From Polaromonas sp. (GTDB lineage: Bacteria; Pseudomonadota; Gammaproteobacteria; Burkholderiales; Burkholderiaceae_C): a stretch of DNA of 64,000 nt. Under the pieces are notes generated by a model. It saw nothing but the letters and a program-made list of their open reading frames with translations, was not told the origin of the DNA and searched no databases. The stretch is from assembly GCA_044357185.1 (NCBI GenBank), contig JBIKPY010000006.1:4086-68085 (forward strand), in the 5' to 3' direction. A program made the position numbers and the translations under genes. Positions 28,464 through 37,534 of this stretch are shown here, piece by piece. Positions within the stretch are counted from its first letter, which is position 1; every line of letters starts with the position of its first letter.

Positions 28464-29831
28464 ATGGCCAAAGACAAAACGATTTACACCTGCAGTGACT
28501 GCGGCGGCACCAGCCCCAAGTGGCTGGGCAAATGCCCGCACTGCAACGCCTGGAACACGCTCATCGAGGGCGTGGCTGAAAGCGCCTCGCCCGTCAAAAA
28601 CCGCTTTGCCTCTCTGGCCAAGGCGTCAGAGCTCACGGCGCTGGCTGACATCGAGGCCACCGACATGGCTTACACGCCCACCGGCCATGACGAGCTCGAC
28701 CGGGTTTTGGGTGGCGGCATTGTGGAAGGCGGCGTGGTGCTCATAGGCGGCGACCCCGGCATCGGTAAATCAACCCTTTTGCTGCAGGCGCTGGACGCAC
28801 TGCAACGTGCCGGGCAGAAGACGCTGTATGTGACCGGCGAAGAAAGCGGCGCGCAAGTGGCACTGCGCGCGCGAAGGCTGGGGCTGGACGGCTCGCAGGT
28901 CCAGGTGCTGGCCGAAATTCAGCTTGAAAAAATCCTCGCCACCTTGAACGCGCACGCGCCGACGATTGCGGTCATCGACTCGATCCAGACTGTGTACTCC
29001 GACCAGCTGACTTCGGCGCCTGGCTCGGTAGCGCAGGTGCGCGAATGCGCCGCGCATCTCACGCGCGCGGCCAAGGCCAGCGGCGTGTGCATCGTGTTGG
29101 TCGGCCATGTCACCAAAGAAGGCGCGCTGGCCGGCCCGCGCGTGCTCGAGCACATGGTGGACACCGTGCTGTATTTTGAAGGCGACACGCATTCGAGCTT
29201 TAGGCTGGTGCGCGCCATCAAGAACCGCTTCGGCGCGGTCAATGAGATCGGCGTTTTTGCAATGACTGAAAAAGGCCTCAAGGGCGTCAGCAACCCCAGC
29301 GCCATCTTTTTGAGCCAGCACAGCGAGCCGGTACCCGGCAGCTGCGTGATGGTCACGCTCGAGGGCACGCGCCCCTTGCTGGTCGAGATCCAGGCGCTGG
29401 TGGACAGCGGCGGCCCGAGCCCGCGGCGGCTGTCGGTGGGCCTGGACCGCGACCGGCTGGCCATGCTGCTGGCGGTGCTGCACCGCCATGCTGGTGTGGC
29501 CTGTATGGACCAGGACGTGTTTGTCAACGCGGTGGGCGGCGTGCGCATCAGCGAGCCGGCGGCTGACCTGGCCGTCATGCTGGCCATCACCAGCAGCCTG
29601 CGCGGCCGGCCTTTGCCCAAGGGCTTTTTTGCCTTTGGCGAAGTCGGTCTGGCCGGCGAGGTGCGGCCGGCGCCGCGCGGCCAGGAGCGCCTTAAAGAAG
29701 CTGCCAAGCTGGGTTTCAGTGTGGCCGTTGTCCCCAAAGCGAACGCGCCTAAAAAACCGATCGAAGGCTTGACGATTCATGCCGTCGAGCGTGTTGAAGA
29801 GGCCATGGAAGTCGTGCGCAGCCTGGCCTGA
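28464..29831 (+). CDS. radA: DNA repair protein RadA/Sms
   Basis: CSDCG...GKCPHC Zn finger, GGDPGIGKST, KNRFG, Lon-like C-terminus. Confidence 0.97.
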   Translation: MAKDKTIYTCSDCGGTSPKWLGKCPHCNAWNTLIEGVAESASPVKNRFASLAKASELTALADIEATDMAYTPTGHDELDRVLGGGIVEGGVVLIGGDPGIGKSTLLLQALDALQRAGQKTLYVTGEESGAQVALRARRLGLDGSQVQVLAEIQLEKILATLNAHAPTIAVIDSIQTVYSDQLTSAPGSVAQVRECAAHLTRAAKASGVCIVLVGHVTKEGALAGPRVLEHMVDTVLYFEGDTHSSFRLVRAIKNRFGAVNEIGVFAMTEKGLKGVSNPSAIFLSQHSEPVPGSCVMVTLEGTRPLLVEIQALVDSGGPSPRRLSVGLDRDRLAMLLAVLHRHAGVACMDQDVFVNAVGGVRISEPAADLAVMLAITSSLRGRPLPKGFFAFGEVGLAGEVRPAPRGQERLKEAAKLGFSVAVVPKANAPKKPIEGLTIHAVERVEEAMEVVRSLA

Positions 29832-29857
29832 GCCGGCAAACTGCCAAAATAAGCATC

Positions 29858-30289
29858 ATGAACCTTCAAAAAATCTGGGTCCCTGTGGCTGGCGCCGCCA
29901 CCGTGGTACTGGGGTATGTGTACAGCGGCTGGCCCGGCGTGGCCTTGATCGTCGGGGCGCTTGTCATGTGGCTGCTGCTTCACTTCAACCGCATGATGCA
30001 AGTGCTCAAACGCGCCGCCAACCGCCCGATTGGCTATATTGAGAGCGCCGTCATGCTCAACGCCAAGCTCAAGCCGCGCGCCACCTTGATGCATGTGGTG
30101 GCCATGACGCGCTCGCTCGGTGAACAGCGCAGTCCTAAAGACGTGCAGCCCGAGGTGTTTCGCTGGACCGACACCGGCGGCTCCTATGTAGACTGCACTT
30201 TTGCCGGCGGCAAGCTGGTCGGGCATCAACTCACACGGCCCGCAGAAGAAACTCAAGCCCCCGCACACCAGACGCCGCCAGCCCCTTAA
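29858..30289 (+). CDS. Conserved small membrane-anchored hypothetical protein
   Basis: Two N-terminal TM segments, host-like codon use, operonic spacing between radA and ilvE. Confidence 0.75.
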   Translation: MNLQKIWVPVAGAATVVLGYVYSGWPGVALIVGALVMWLLLHFNRMMQVLKRAANRPIGYIESAVMLNAKLKPRATLMHVVAMTRSLGEQRSPKDVQPEVFRWTDTGGSYVDCTFAGGKLVGHQLTRPAEETQAPAHQTPPAP

Positions 30290-30365
30290 AATCCCACTTT
30301 CAAGATTGGCGGCAAGATGCGGCTGGTCAATTCATGACTTCAACAGAGACCATAAGGATCAGACC

Positions 30366-31304
30366 ATGTCCACAGTAGCCCCCTCCATGGAAGACCGCGA
30401 CGGCAAAATCTGGATGGACGGCCAGATGGTCGAATGGCGTGACGCCAAGATCCACGTGCTGACCCACACCCTGCACTACGGCTGCGGCGCCTTTGAAGGT
30501 GTGCGCGCTTACAAGACGCCGCAGGGCACGGCGATCTTCCGCCTGGAAGAGCACACCGAGCGCCTGTTCAACAGCGCCAAGATTTTGCGCATGAAGATTC
30601 CCTTCACGCAGCAAGAAGTGATGGACGCGCAGCGCGCCGTGGTGCGCGAGAACAAGCTCGAAAGCGGTTACATCCGCCCGCTCACCTGGATCGGCTCTGA
30701 AAAGCTGGGCGTCAGCCCCAAGGGCAACAAGATTCACCTGATGGTCGCCGCCTGGACCTGGGGCGCCTACCTGGGCGAAGACGGCATGAAGCGCGGCATC
30801 CGCGTCAAGACTTCGAGCTTCACGCGCCACCACGTCAACATCACCATGATTCACGCCAAGGCGGTGAGCAATTACACCAACTCGATTCTGGCCAATATGG
30901 AAGCTCTCGACGAGGGTTACGACGAAGCCCTGCTGCTAGACCCGCAAGGCTTTGCCTCTGAAGGCGCCGGCGAAAACCTGTTCATCGTGCGCAAAGGGGT
31001 GGTCTACACGCCCGACTCCAGCGCCGGCGCACTCAACGGCATCACGCGCAACACGATTTTTTCGATCTGCAAAGACTTGGGACTAGAGCTCAAAGAAAAA
31101 CCCATCACGCGCGACGAGATCTACATCGCCGACGAAGCCTTTTTCTCCGGCACGGCGGCTGAAGTCACGCCCATCCGCGAACTCGACCGCATCGAGATCG
31201 GCAGCGGCTCGCGCGGCCCCATCACCGAAAAAATCCAGGCGGCGTTCTTTGACATCGTCAATGGCCGCAACCCCAAATATGCCAGCTGGCTGACCCGGGT
31301 CTGA
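30366..31304 (+). CDS. ilvE: Branched-chain amino acid aminotransferase
   Basis: THTLHYGCGAFEG, AKAVSNY, EGAGENLF, GITR, FFSGTAAEV. Confidence 0.96.
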   Translation: MSTVAPSMEDRDGKIWMDGQMVEWRDAKIHVLTHTLHYGCGAFEGVRAYKTPQGTAIFRLEEHTERLFNSAKILRMKIPFTQQEVMDAQRAVVRENKLESGYIRPLTWIGSEKLGVSPKGNKIHLMVAAWTWGAYLGEDGMKRGIRVKTSSFTRHHVNITMIHAKAVSNYTNSILANMEALDEGYDEALLLDPQGFASEGAGENLFIVRKGVVYTPDSSAGALNGITRNTIFSICKDLGLELKEKPITRDEIYIADEAFFSGTAAEVTPIRELDRIEIGSGSRGPITEKIQAAFFDIVNGRNPKYASWLTRV

Positions 31305-31306
31305 GC

Positions 31307-31522
31307 ATGAGCAAAACACCCAAAACCGGTGCCGTGGTCGAACTGCGCGCCAGCGAACTCAACAGCCAGGGCGGCGTTTTTTGCCCCAACCCCAACATGA
31401 ACCTGCAAAGCAGTCATCCCAAGGTGTATCTGGGGCTGGCCGAGAGCGGACAGGCGCGCTGCCCATATTGCAGCACCCTGTACAAGCTCAAAGAAGGCGA
31501 GCACTTCAGCGCCCACCACTGA
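31307..31522 (+). CDS. zf-CHCC zinc-finger protein
   Basis: C...HPKVYL...CPYC. Confidence 0.88.
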   Translation: MSKTPKTGAVVELRASELNSQGGVFCPNPNMNLQSSHPKVYLGLAESGQARCPYCSTLYKLKEGEHFSAHH

Positions 31523-31549
31523 GCGCCGCCCGGCTCTTCAAGCCGGCAA

Positions 31550-32923
31550 TCAGCGTCCAGCGGGCGGTGCGGCATGGCGCGAAGCCAGCCACACCAGCAG
31601 CAGCACCGGCACGCCCAGCAGGGCTGTGCCTATAAAGAAAGTCGGGTAATCGTACGCGTCGACAAAAGCGCCTGAGTAGCCGGCCAGAAACTTGGGCAGC
31701 AGCAGCATCATGGAGCTGAACAACGCGTACTGGGTGGCAGAGTAGTTCACGTTCGTCAGGCCCGACAGGTAGGCGATGAAGGCCGCCGAGGCAATGCCGC
31801 TGGCCAGGTTGTCGGCCGAGATCACCCACACCAAAGCCGTCAGGTCGTGGCCGCGCGTGCCCAGCCAGGCAAACAGCAGGTTGCTGCCAGCGCTGAGCAC
31901 GGCGCCCAACATCAGCACCCGCATCACGCCCAGGCGCATGGCCAGCGCACCACCCACAAAAGCGCCCACCAGCGTCATGATCACGCCATAGACTTTGGTG
32001 ACAGCCGCCACCTCGTCTTTGGTGAAACCCATGTCCACGTAAAACGGATTGGCCATGATGCCCATCACCACGTCGCTGATGCGGTAGACCGCGATCAGCA
32101 TCAGGATGAGCACGGCCTGGCGGCCGTAGCGCCGCAGAAAATCGGCAAAGGGCTCGATCAGCGCACCCTGCAGCCATTCGGCGGCATTGCGCGCACGCTG
32201 CATCTCAACGGCCTTCGGCTCGGGCGAAAACAGCACCGTCACCATGCCCAGCAGCATCGACGCGGCCATCACCAGGTAAGCGGCTTGCCAGGCGCCGTGC
32301 TGGTAGCTGGCCGCGCCCAGCGCGGGCGTGACTTCGGCGCGGGCTGCAATCCACAGCACGCCGGCGCCGGCCCAGATCATGGCGATGCGGTAGCCCGTCT
32401 GGTAAGAAGCGGCCAGCGCGGCCTGGCGCTGCGTGTCGGCCGACTCAATACGAAAAGCGTCCAGCGCAATGTCTTGCGTGGCCGAGCCCACAGCCACTGC
32501 CAGCGCGCACCAGACCATGGGCAGCAGCGCCTGCTGCGGGTCGGTCAGCGCCATGCCGACCAGCGCCGCCATGATGACGCACTGTGACAGCAGCAGCCAG
32601 CTGCGACGCCGGCCCAGCCAGCGCGTGAGCAAGGGAATCGGCAAGCGGTCCACCAGCGGCGCCCAGACCCACTTAAAGCCGTAGGCCAGACCCACCCAGC
32701 TCAGGTAACCAATCGTGGTGCGGTTGATGCCTGCTTCACGCAGCCAAAAACTCAGCGTGCCAAACACCAGCAGCAGCGGCAGGCCGGCCGAAAAACCCAG
32801 CAGCAGCATGCGCAGCGTGGCGGCTTCAAGGTACACGCGCAGGGTCTGGCCCCAGCTCGGGGGCGTGGGCTCTGCCGGGGTGCTGCCGGGGGTGGCGACG
32901 GGTTGGCTGACAGGTGGGACCAT
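31550..32923 (-). CDS. ampG: AmpG-family muropeptide MFS transporter (start uncertain)
   Basis: LGFSAGLP, FKWVWAPLVD, SATQDIALDAFRIE, YSATQYALFSS. Confidence 0.92.
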   Translation of the reverse strand: MVPPVSQPVATPGSTPAEPTPPSWGQTLRVYLEAATLRMLLLGFSAGLPLLLVFGTLSFWLREAGINRTTIGYLSWVGLAYGFKWVWAPLVDRLPIPLLTRWLGRRRSWLLLSQCVIMAALVGMALTDPQQALLPMVWCALAVAVGSATQDIALDAFRIESADTQRQAALAASYQTGYRIAMIWAGAGVLWIAARAEVTPALGAASYQHGAWQAAYLVMAASMLLGMVTVLFSPEPKAVEMQRARNAAEWLQGALIEPFADFLRRYGRQAVLILMLIAVYRISDVVMGIMANPFYVDMGFTKDEVAAVTKVYGVIMTLVGAFVGGALAMRLGVMRVLMLGAVLSAGSNLLFAWLGTRGHDLTALVWVISADNLASGIASAAFIAYLSGLTNVNYSATQYALFSSMMLLLPKFLAGYSGAFVDAYDYPTFFIGTALLGVPVLLLVWLASRHAAPPAGR

Positions 32924-32960
32924 AAGGGGAATAATACGCGCTGGCTTATCTCCAGCCTAC

Positions 32961-33791
32961 ATGAAGACGCATCCCATGACTGCCCTTGAACGCTATGCCA
33001 CTGCCCTGTTGACCGCTGCCTTGCTGCTGCCTGGCGCAGCGCTGGCGCAGCGTGAGGGTGTTGATGTGGGAGCCAACTCCGGCTTTGCTTCTTTGGTGCC
33101 GGCCAAGGATATTGAGCTTTCTGCGGCCAAGCAATACAAAACCCTGTTGGCCGAAGCGGCCAGCAAAAACGCACTGGCACCGCCCGAGCATCCCCAGCTG
33201 CTGCGCTTGCGGCGCATTGCAGACCAGCTGATTCCCTTTGCCAATGAGTGGAACCCGCGCGCCAAATCCTGGCAATGGGAGGTCAACTTGATTGGCAGCA
33301 AACAGATCAATGCTTTTTGCATGCCGGGCGGCAAGATTGTTTTTTACACCGGCATCATCGAGCAGCTCAAGCTGACCGACGATGAGGTGGCGCAAATCAT
33401 GGGCCACGAAATTGCGCATGCCTTGCGCGAGCATGCGCGTGAGCGCATGGGCAAAAGCACCGCCACCAGCATTGGCGCGGGTGTGGTGTCGCAATTGCTC
33501 GGGCTGGGCGATCTGGGGCGTACCGTCACCAACTACGGCGTTCAACTGCTGAACCTGACCTTCAGCCGGTCAGACGAGTCCGAGGCCGATCTGGTCGGGC
33601 TGGAGCTGGCAGCGCGCGCCGGCTACGACCCGCAGGCCGGCGTCACCTTGTGGCAAAAAATGTCGGCCAGCAGCAAAGGCGCACCGCCGCAATGGCTGAG
33701 CACGCACCCGGCGGGCAACACGCGCATCACGGACATCGAGCGCAATCTGCCGCGCGTCATGCCGCTCTACGAGCGGGCGCGCAAAGGCTGA
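32961..33791 (+). CDS. M48-family metalloprotease (start 32961 or 32976)
   Basis: NAFCMPGGKI, GHEIAH (HExxH), ESEAD, WLSTHP. Confidence 0.92.
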   Translation: MKTHPMTALERYATALLTAALLLPGAALAQREGVDVGANSGFASLVPAKDIELSAAKQYKTLLAEAASKNALAPPEHPQLLRLRRIADQLIPFANEWNPRAKSWQWEVNLIGSKQINAFCMPGGKIVFYTGIIEQLKLTDDEVAQIMGHEIAHALREHARERMGKSTATSIGAGVVSQLLGLGDLGRTVTNYGVQLLNLTFSRSDESEADLVGLELAARAGYDPQAGVTLWQKMSASSKGAPPQWLSTHPAGNTRITDIERNLPRVMPLYERARKG

Positions 33792-33925
33792 CACTGGCCA
33801 AGGGCGCCACTTCAGGCGCCGCATAGAAACCGCGCACGCCAGCTGCGACAAAGCGTCAGTCGCCCCAACCCTGAAGCGAACACCCAAAGCACCCGCAGGC
33901 GCTTTGCACAGCACTTGCAAGACAT

Positions 33926-33937
33926 CTTGTACACAAG
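33926..33937. promoter_or_regulatory. Palindromic operator candidate (GntR-like) upstream of atzF
   Basis: CTTGT-AC-ACAAG perfect inverted repeat. Confidence 0.5.
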
Positions 33938-33952
33938 TATGGATGCTTCAAA

Positions 33953-35701
33953 TTGGTGCAACACACATTAACTGACAGCCCAAATACGGGCAACACACTG
34001 CAAGGTTCTAAACCGGAAGCGCCTGACAACGCGTGGCTGTTGCGGACCACCGTGGCGCCCAGTCAGAAAACAACAGGCCCGCAGTCTTTAGCGGGCTTGC
34101 GCTTTGCGGTCAAAGACAACATCGATGTTGCAGGCCTGGTGACCAGCGCCGCCTGTCCGGCATTTGCCTTTGAGGCACAAGAAAGCGCACAAGTGGTGCA
34201 CAAACTGCTCAAGGCCGGTGCAACGCTGGCGGGCAAGACCAATCTGGACCAGTTCGCCTGCGGCCTCAATGGCACGCGCTCGCCGCATGGTCCGGTGCCC
34301 AATGCCTTCGACCCCGCTTATGTATCAGGCGGGTCGAGCTCCGGCTCTGCTTATGTGGTGGCCACGGGCCAGGTTGATTTTTCACTCGGCACCGACACCG
34401 CCGGCTCCGGCCGCGTGCCGGCCGGGCTTAACAACATCGTCGGCCTCAAGCCCTCACGCGGGCTGATCAGCACGCGCGGCGTGTTGCCGGCTGCGCAAAG
34501 CGTGGACTGCGTCTCTATATTTGCGCGCACGGTGGCCACGGCCGCGCAGGTGCTTGAAAGCGCCATCGGGCACGATCCGCTGGACGCGTATTCCAGAGCA
34601 CTGCAACTGAACGACCAAGCTTTTCCTGCCCGCTTTGTGTTTGGTGTGCCGGAGCAGCTCGAGTTCTTTGGCGACACGCTGGCCGAAGCTGCATTTGCCG
34701 AGGCCATCGAGCGCCTGCAAGCCATGGGCGGCACGCCCGTGCGGCTGGACTTTGCGCCTTTCAAGCAAGCGGCGCAATTGCTCTACGGCAGTGCGCTGGT
34801 GGACGAGCGTTACGCCGCGATCCGGCCGTTTTTCGACGCGCATGACAAGGATGTGATCGAGCCGGTGCGCAGCATCATTGCCAATGGCAAAAAGTTCAGC
34901 GCGGCGGACCTCTTTGACGCGCAGACGCAGCTCAAGCTGCTTGGCCAGCGTGCCGACGCCCTGTGGCTGGGGCTGGACTTGCTGGTGGTGCCGACCGCAC
35001 CGACCCACTACAGCGTCGCCGCCATGCAAGCCGACCCGGTCGAGCTCAACCGGCGCCTGGGCGAATACACCAACTTCGTCAACCTGCTCGACTACGCGGC
35101 CCTGTCGGTGCCCAGCGCTATCCGGCCTGACGGCATGCCTTTCGGCATCACGCTGATCGGCCGCTGCGGCAGCGACTGGCAACTTGCCGAGCTCGGTCAG
35201 CGTTATCACCATCTGACCGGACTCACGCAAGGCGCCATGGGCGAGCCGCTGCCAGCGCCCCAGCCGATTGCCGGCCTGAGCCGCCCTGCAGCAGCCAGCG
35301 TGCGCGTCGCCGTGGTCGGCGCGCACCTGTCAGGAATGCCGCTCAACAGCCAGCTCATTGAGCGCGGCGCCACGCTGGTGGGCTCCGCAAGCACCGCCCC
35401 CGATTACCGCTTTTACGCGCTGCCAGGCAGCACACCGCCCAAGCCGGGCTTGTTGCGCGTGGCGGCCGGCCAGGGCGCGGCCATCGCCCTGGAAATCTGG
35501 GACATGCCGCTGGCGCACTACGGCTCATTCGTTGCGCTCATTGCAGCCCCGCTGGGCATAGGCACGCTGCGGCTGGCCGACGGCAGCAGCGTGCAGGGCT
35601 TTGTGTGCGAAGCCGAAGGCATGCAAGGCGCGCAAGACATCACGCACCTGGGTGGCTGGCGGGCCTATGTCGCGCTGATGTCGCGCAAGGCTGAGCCCTA
35701 G
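33953..35701 (+). CDS. atzF: Allophanate hydrolase (amidase-signature + C-terminal GGCT-like domain); start uncertain
   Basis: AVKDNID, GKTNLDQFA, GGSSSGS, GTDTAGSGRVPA, VVGAHLSGMPL, GGWRAY. Confidence 0.93.
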   Translation: MVQHTLTDSPNTGNTLQGSKPEAPDNAWLLRTTVAPSQKTTGPQSLAGLRFAVKDNIDVAGLVTSAACPAFAFEAQESAQVVHKLLKAGATLAGKTNLDQFACGLNGTRSPHGPVPNAFDPAYVSGGSSSGSAYVVATGQVDFSLGTDTAGSGRVPAGLNNIVGLKPSRGLISTRGVLPAAQSVDCVSIFARTVATAAQVLESAIGHDPLDAYSRALQLNDQAFPARFVFGVPEQLEFFGDTLAEAAFAEAIERLQAMGGTPVRLDFAPFKQAAQLLYGSALVDERYAAIRPFFDAHDKDVIEPVRSIIANGKKFSAADLFDAQTQLKLLGQRADALWLGLDLLVVPTAPTHYSVAAMQADPVELNRRLGEYTNFVNLLDYAALSVPSAIRPDGMPFGITLIGRCGSDWQLAELGQRYHHLTGLTQGAMGEPLPAPQPIAGLSRPAAASVRVAVVGAHLSGMPLNSQLIERGATLVGSASTAPDYRFYALPGSTPPKPGLLRVAAGQGAAIALEIWDMPLAHYGSFVALIAAPLGIGTLRLADGSSVQGFVCEAEGMQGAQDITHLGGWRAYVALMSRKAEP

Positions 35702-35764
35702 AACCGTTCACTTTTTTTACCTCACTTTTCACCTCACTTTTTATCCCATCCAAGGAGTTTCATC

Positions 35765-36367
35765 ATGACCGCATCAAGCCAGCCCTTCAAATCCGCCGCC
35801 TCACGCCGCCTGTTACTCCAAGCCGGCGCTGCCGTGCTGGGCACGCTGGCCATGCCCGCCATCGTGAGGGCGCAGGCGCGTCCGAAAATCCGCATCGGTT
35901 ATTGGCCAGTAGCCGCCGGCTTGCCGTTTTTTGCGGTCATTGAAAAAGGCTATTTCAAAGAAGCCGGTCTGGATGTCGAGGCCATCAAGTTCGCTGGCGC
36001 TCAGCAGGTGATGGAAGCCATGCTCGCCGGCCGCTCGGACGGCAGCTCCAACGGCACCGGTTCGGCCAATCTGGCCATCGGCGAGATTGCCCAGCCCGGC
36101 CTGTTCAAAATTTTTGCCACCAACCCGAGCAACGCCAAGTTTGTGCTGGACGAGTTCATCGTGCCCAAAGACAGCCCCGTCAAAACCATGGCCGATCTCA
36201 AAGGCAAGAAAGTCGCTTCCGGCCCCGGCATCCAGAACGTCACGCTGGCCAAGACCATGCTCAAGCGTGGGCGTGAATCTCGTATTTCTGCAGTGCCTCG
36301 TACGGCAGTGGCGCAAAATTTAACTACCCGTCCAAGCCCGTCAACGCGCAAGCGCGCTGCGACTTGA
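35765..36367 (+). pseudogene. 3'-truncated ABC transporter substrate-binding protein (NMT1/SsuA-like); native sequence ends near 36268
   Basis: Tat-like SRRLLL signal, KIRIGYW, GLDVEAIKF, DLKGKKV; about 170 aa of family-like sequence, then unrelated sequence running through an attC site; no permease/ATPase follows. Confidence 0.8.
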
Positions 36368-36381
36368 TTCGAACCTTAGGT
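36318..36381 (+). mobile_element. Integron attC site (64 bp), R' core mutated
   Basis: R'' ATTTAAC - TACCCG - L'' TC(C)AAGC - GCGC-AA-GCGC loop - L' ACTTGA - TTCGAAC - R' CTTAGGT (GTTAGGT with G>C). Confidence 0.82.
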
Positions 36382-36410
36382 CACAAAAACAATCACCATC
36401 ATCCTTCACC

Positions 36411-36890
36411 ATGGTCGAATCCCAAATTATCGAAATTCGAAGCGCCACTCTAAGCGACCTAGACGCGGTCACACAGTTGGTAGCTGGATTCCGAGACTTC
36501 CTACAACGATCAGAACCCGCTAACGACGAGCTACGCGCCAGCGTCATCAAATGGCTTGGAAGTGAAGACACTGAAGTCTCGATTGCTCTGTTGAACGGTG
36601 TAGCTGTTGGATATGCAAGCACGCTCTATCAGTACTCGCTTTGGGCAAGCGGAATCAATGCAACCATCTCAGACCTCTTCGTCACGGATAGCGTTCGCAA
36701 GTCAGGTGCAGGCAGACGCTTGATTGAGCACGCCCTCGAGGTTGCCGCACGCCGCGGAGCGCGAGCAGCAAATCTGAGCACGAACGAGAGGAACACCGCA
36801 TCAATCCGAATCTACGAGAGCCTTGGCTTCAACTCCTTTTCTAATCTATGGCAAGGTAGGCAAGTCGCGTACCGCAAATCCATCCCTTAA
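36411..36890 (+). CDS. GNAT-family acetyltransferase (gene cassette)
   Basis: ISDLFV...RKSGAGRRL (motif A), N..SIRIYESLGF (motif B); atypical codon use; bracketed by TTAGG and GCCTAAC. Confidence 0.9.
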   Translation: MVESQIIEIRSATLSDLDAVTQLVAGFRDFLQRSEPANDELRASVIKWLGSEDTEVSIALLNGVAVGYASTLYQYSLWASGINATISDLFVTDSVRKSGAGRRLIEHALEVAARRGARAANLSTNERNTASIRIYESLGFNSFSNLWQGRQVAYRKSIP

Positions 36891-36899
36891 AACTGCGGC

Positions 36900-37229
36900 C
36901 TAACCCCGGGCTCGGGTCAAAAGCTCATCCAGCGCGTCGGCAATGATTTGTCCCTCTTGCGCCAGTGACCCGACCCTCTCGCCCAATTGATCGACGGCCA
37001 CCGAAACCGTGTCCAGAGGATTCAGGACAACACGTACACCTTCAACAACAAAAGCGGGGTTCATCCTGGCGCCTATCGTCGGGGTGTTCCGGGGAAGCAG
37101 CGTGTCACGCACCAGGGGGACCACCACGCGTCTGCGATAGCCGTCAAACTGCGCAGACTGAACAATCACGACGAAAGGAATCGCGTCGCGCAAGGCCCCC
37201 TTGTTGCGATGAACATCGAATTGCGCCAT
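36900..37229 (-). CDS. ccdB: CcdB-family toxin
   Basis: MAQFDVHRN, VIVQS, RRVVVPLV, MNPAFVVEG, VGSL; TAATG-coupled to ccdA. Confidence 0.88.
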   Translation of the reverse strand: MAQFDVHRNKGALRDAIPFVVIVQSAQFDGYRRRVVVPLVRDTLLPRNTPTIGARMNPAFVVEGVRVVLNPLDTVSVAVDQLGERVGSLAQEGQIIADALDELLTRARG

Positions 37230-37477
37230 TACAAGGTGGTGTGCTCGTCTGCAAAAGAGCCGACTGCGTCGTGCACCGCATTCCAGTCGGCCACACAGGC
37301 ATCAGCTTCTTGTTGGCGGTTGCGTTGCGCGCTTTGCTGAGTGGCGACAAACTCAGCAAGCAGAGACTCCATGGTGGCCGACAAGTTGTCGGTGTACGAC
37401 TTGGCCTGCGTGACGAGAGCCTCATTCATGGTGAGATTGACGGGCCGCTTGCGCGTTGTTGCGTTACGGGTTTCCAT
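37229..37477 (-). CDS. ccdA: CcdA-family antitoxin
   Basis: RKRPVNLTM (RHH strand), NLSATMESLL, WN...GSFADE C-terminus. Confidence 0.88.
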   Translation of the reverse strand: METRNATTRKRPVNLTMNEALVTQAKSYTDNLSATMESLLAEFVATQQSAQRNRQQEADACVADWNAVHDAVGSFADEHTTL

Positions 37478-37534
37478 TGGCAGACTCCAAAATGGGCAAT
37501 GCGCACATTATGCGCATAAAGCCTTTTAAGTGCA

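Noticed and set aside
29858-30289. Kinase-type label sometimes attached to this radA-ilvE hypothetical protein
   Set aside because: No nucleotide-binding motif and only 143 aa with two TM helices; left as hypothetical.
33903-33919. Possible sigma54 promoter TTGCAC-AGCAC-TTGCA upstream of atzF
   Set aside because: It lacks the invariant GG at -24 (reads TG), so it is not called.
35708-35741. TCACTTTT x3 between atzF and the ABC gene
   Set aside because: A short pyrimidine-rich leader of the kind common before RBSs in this group; too short and irregular to call an element.
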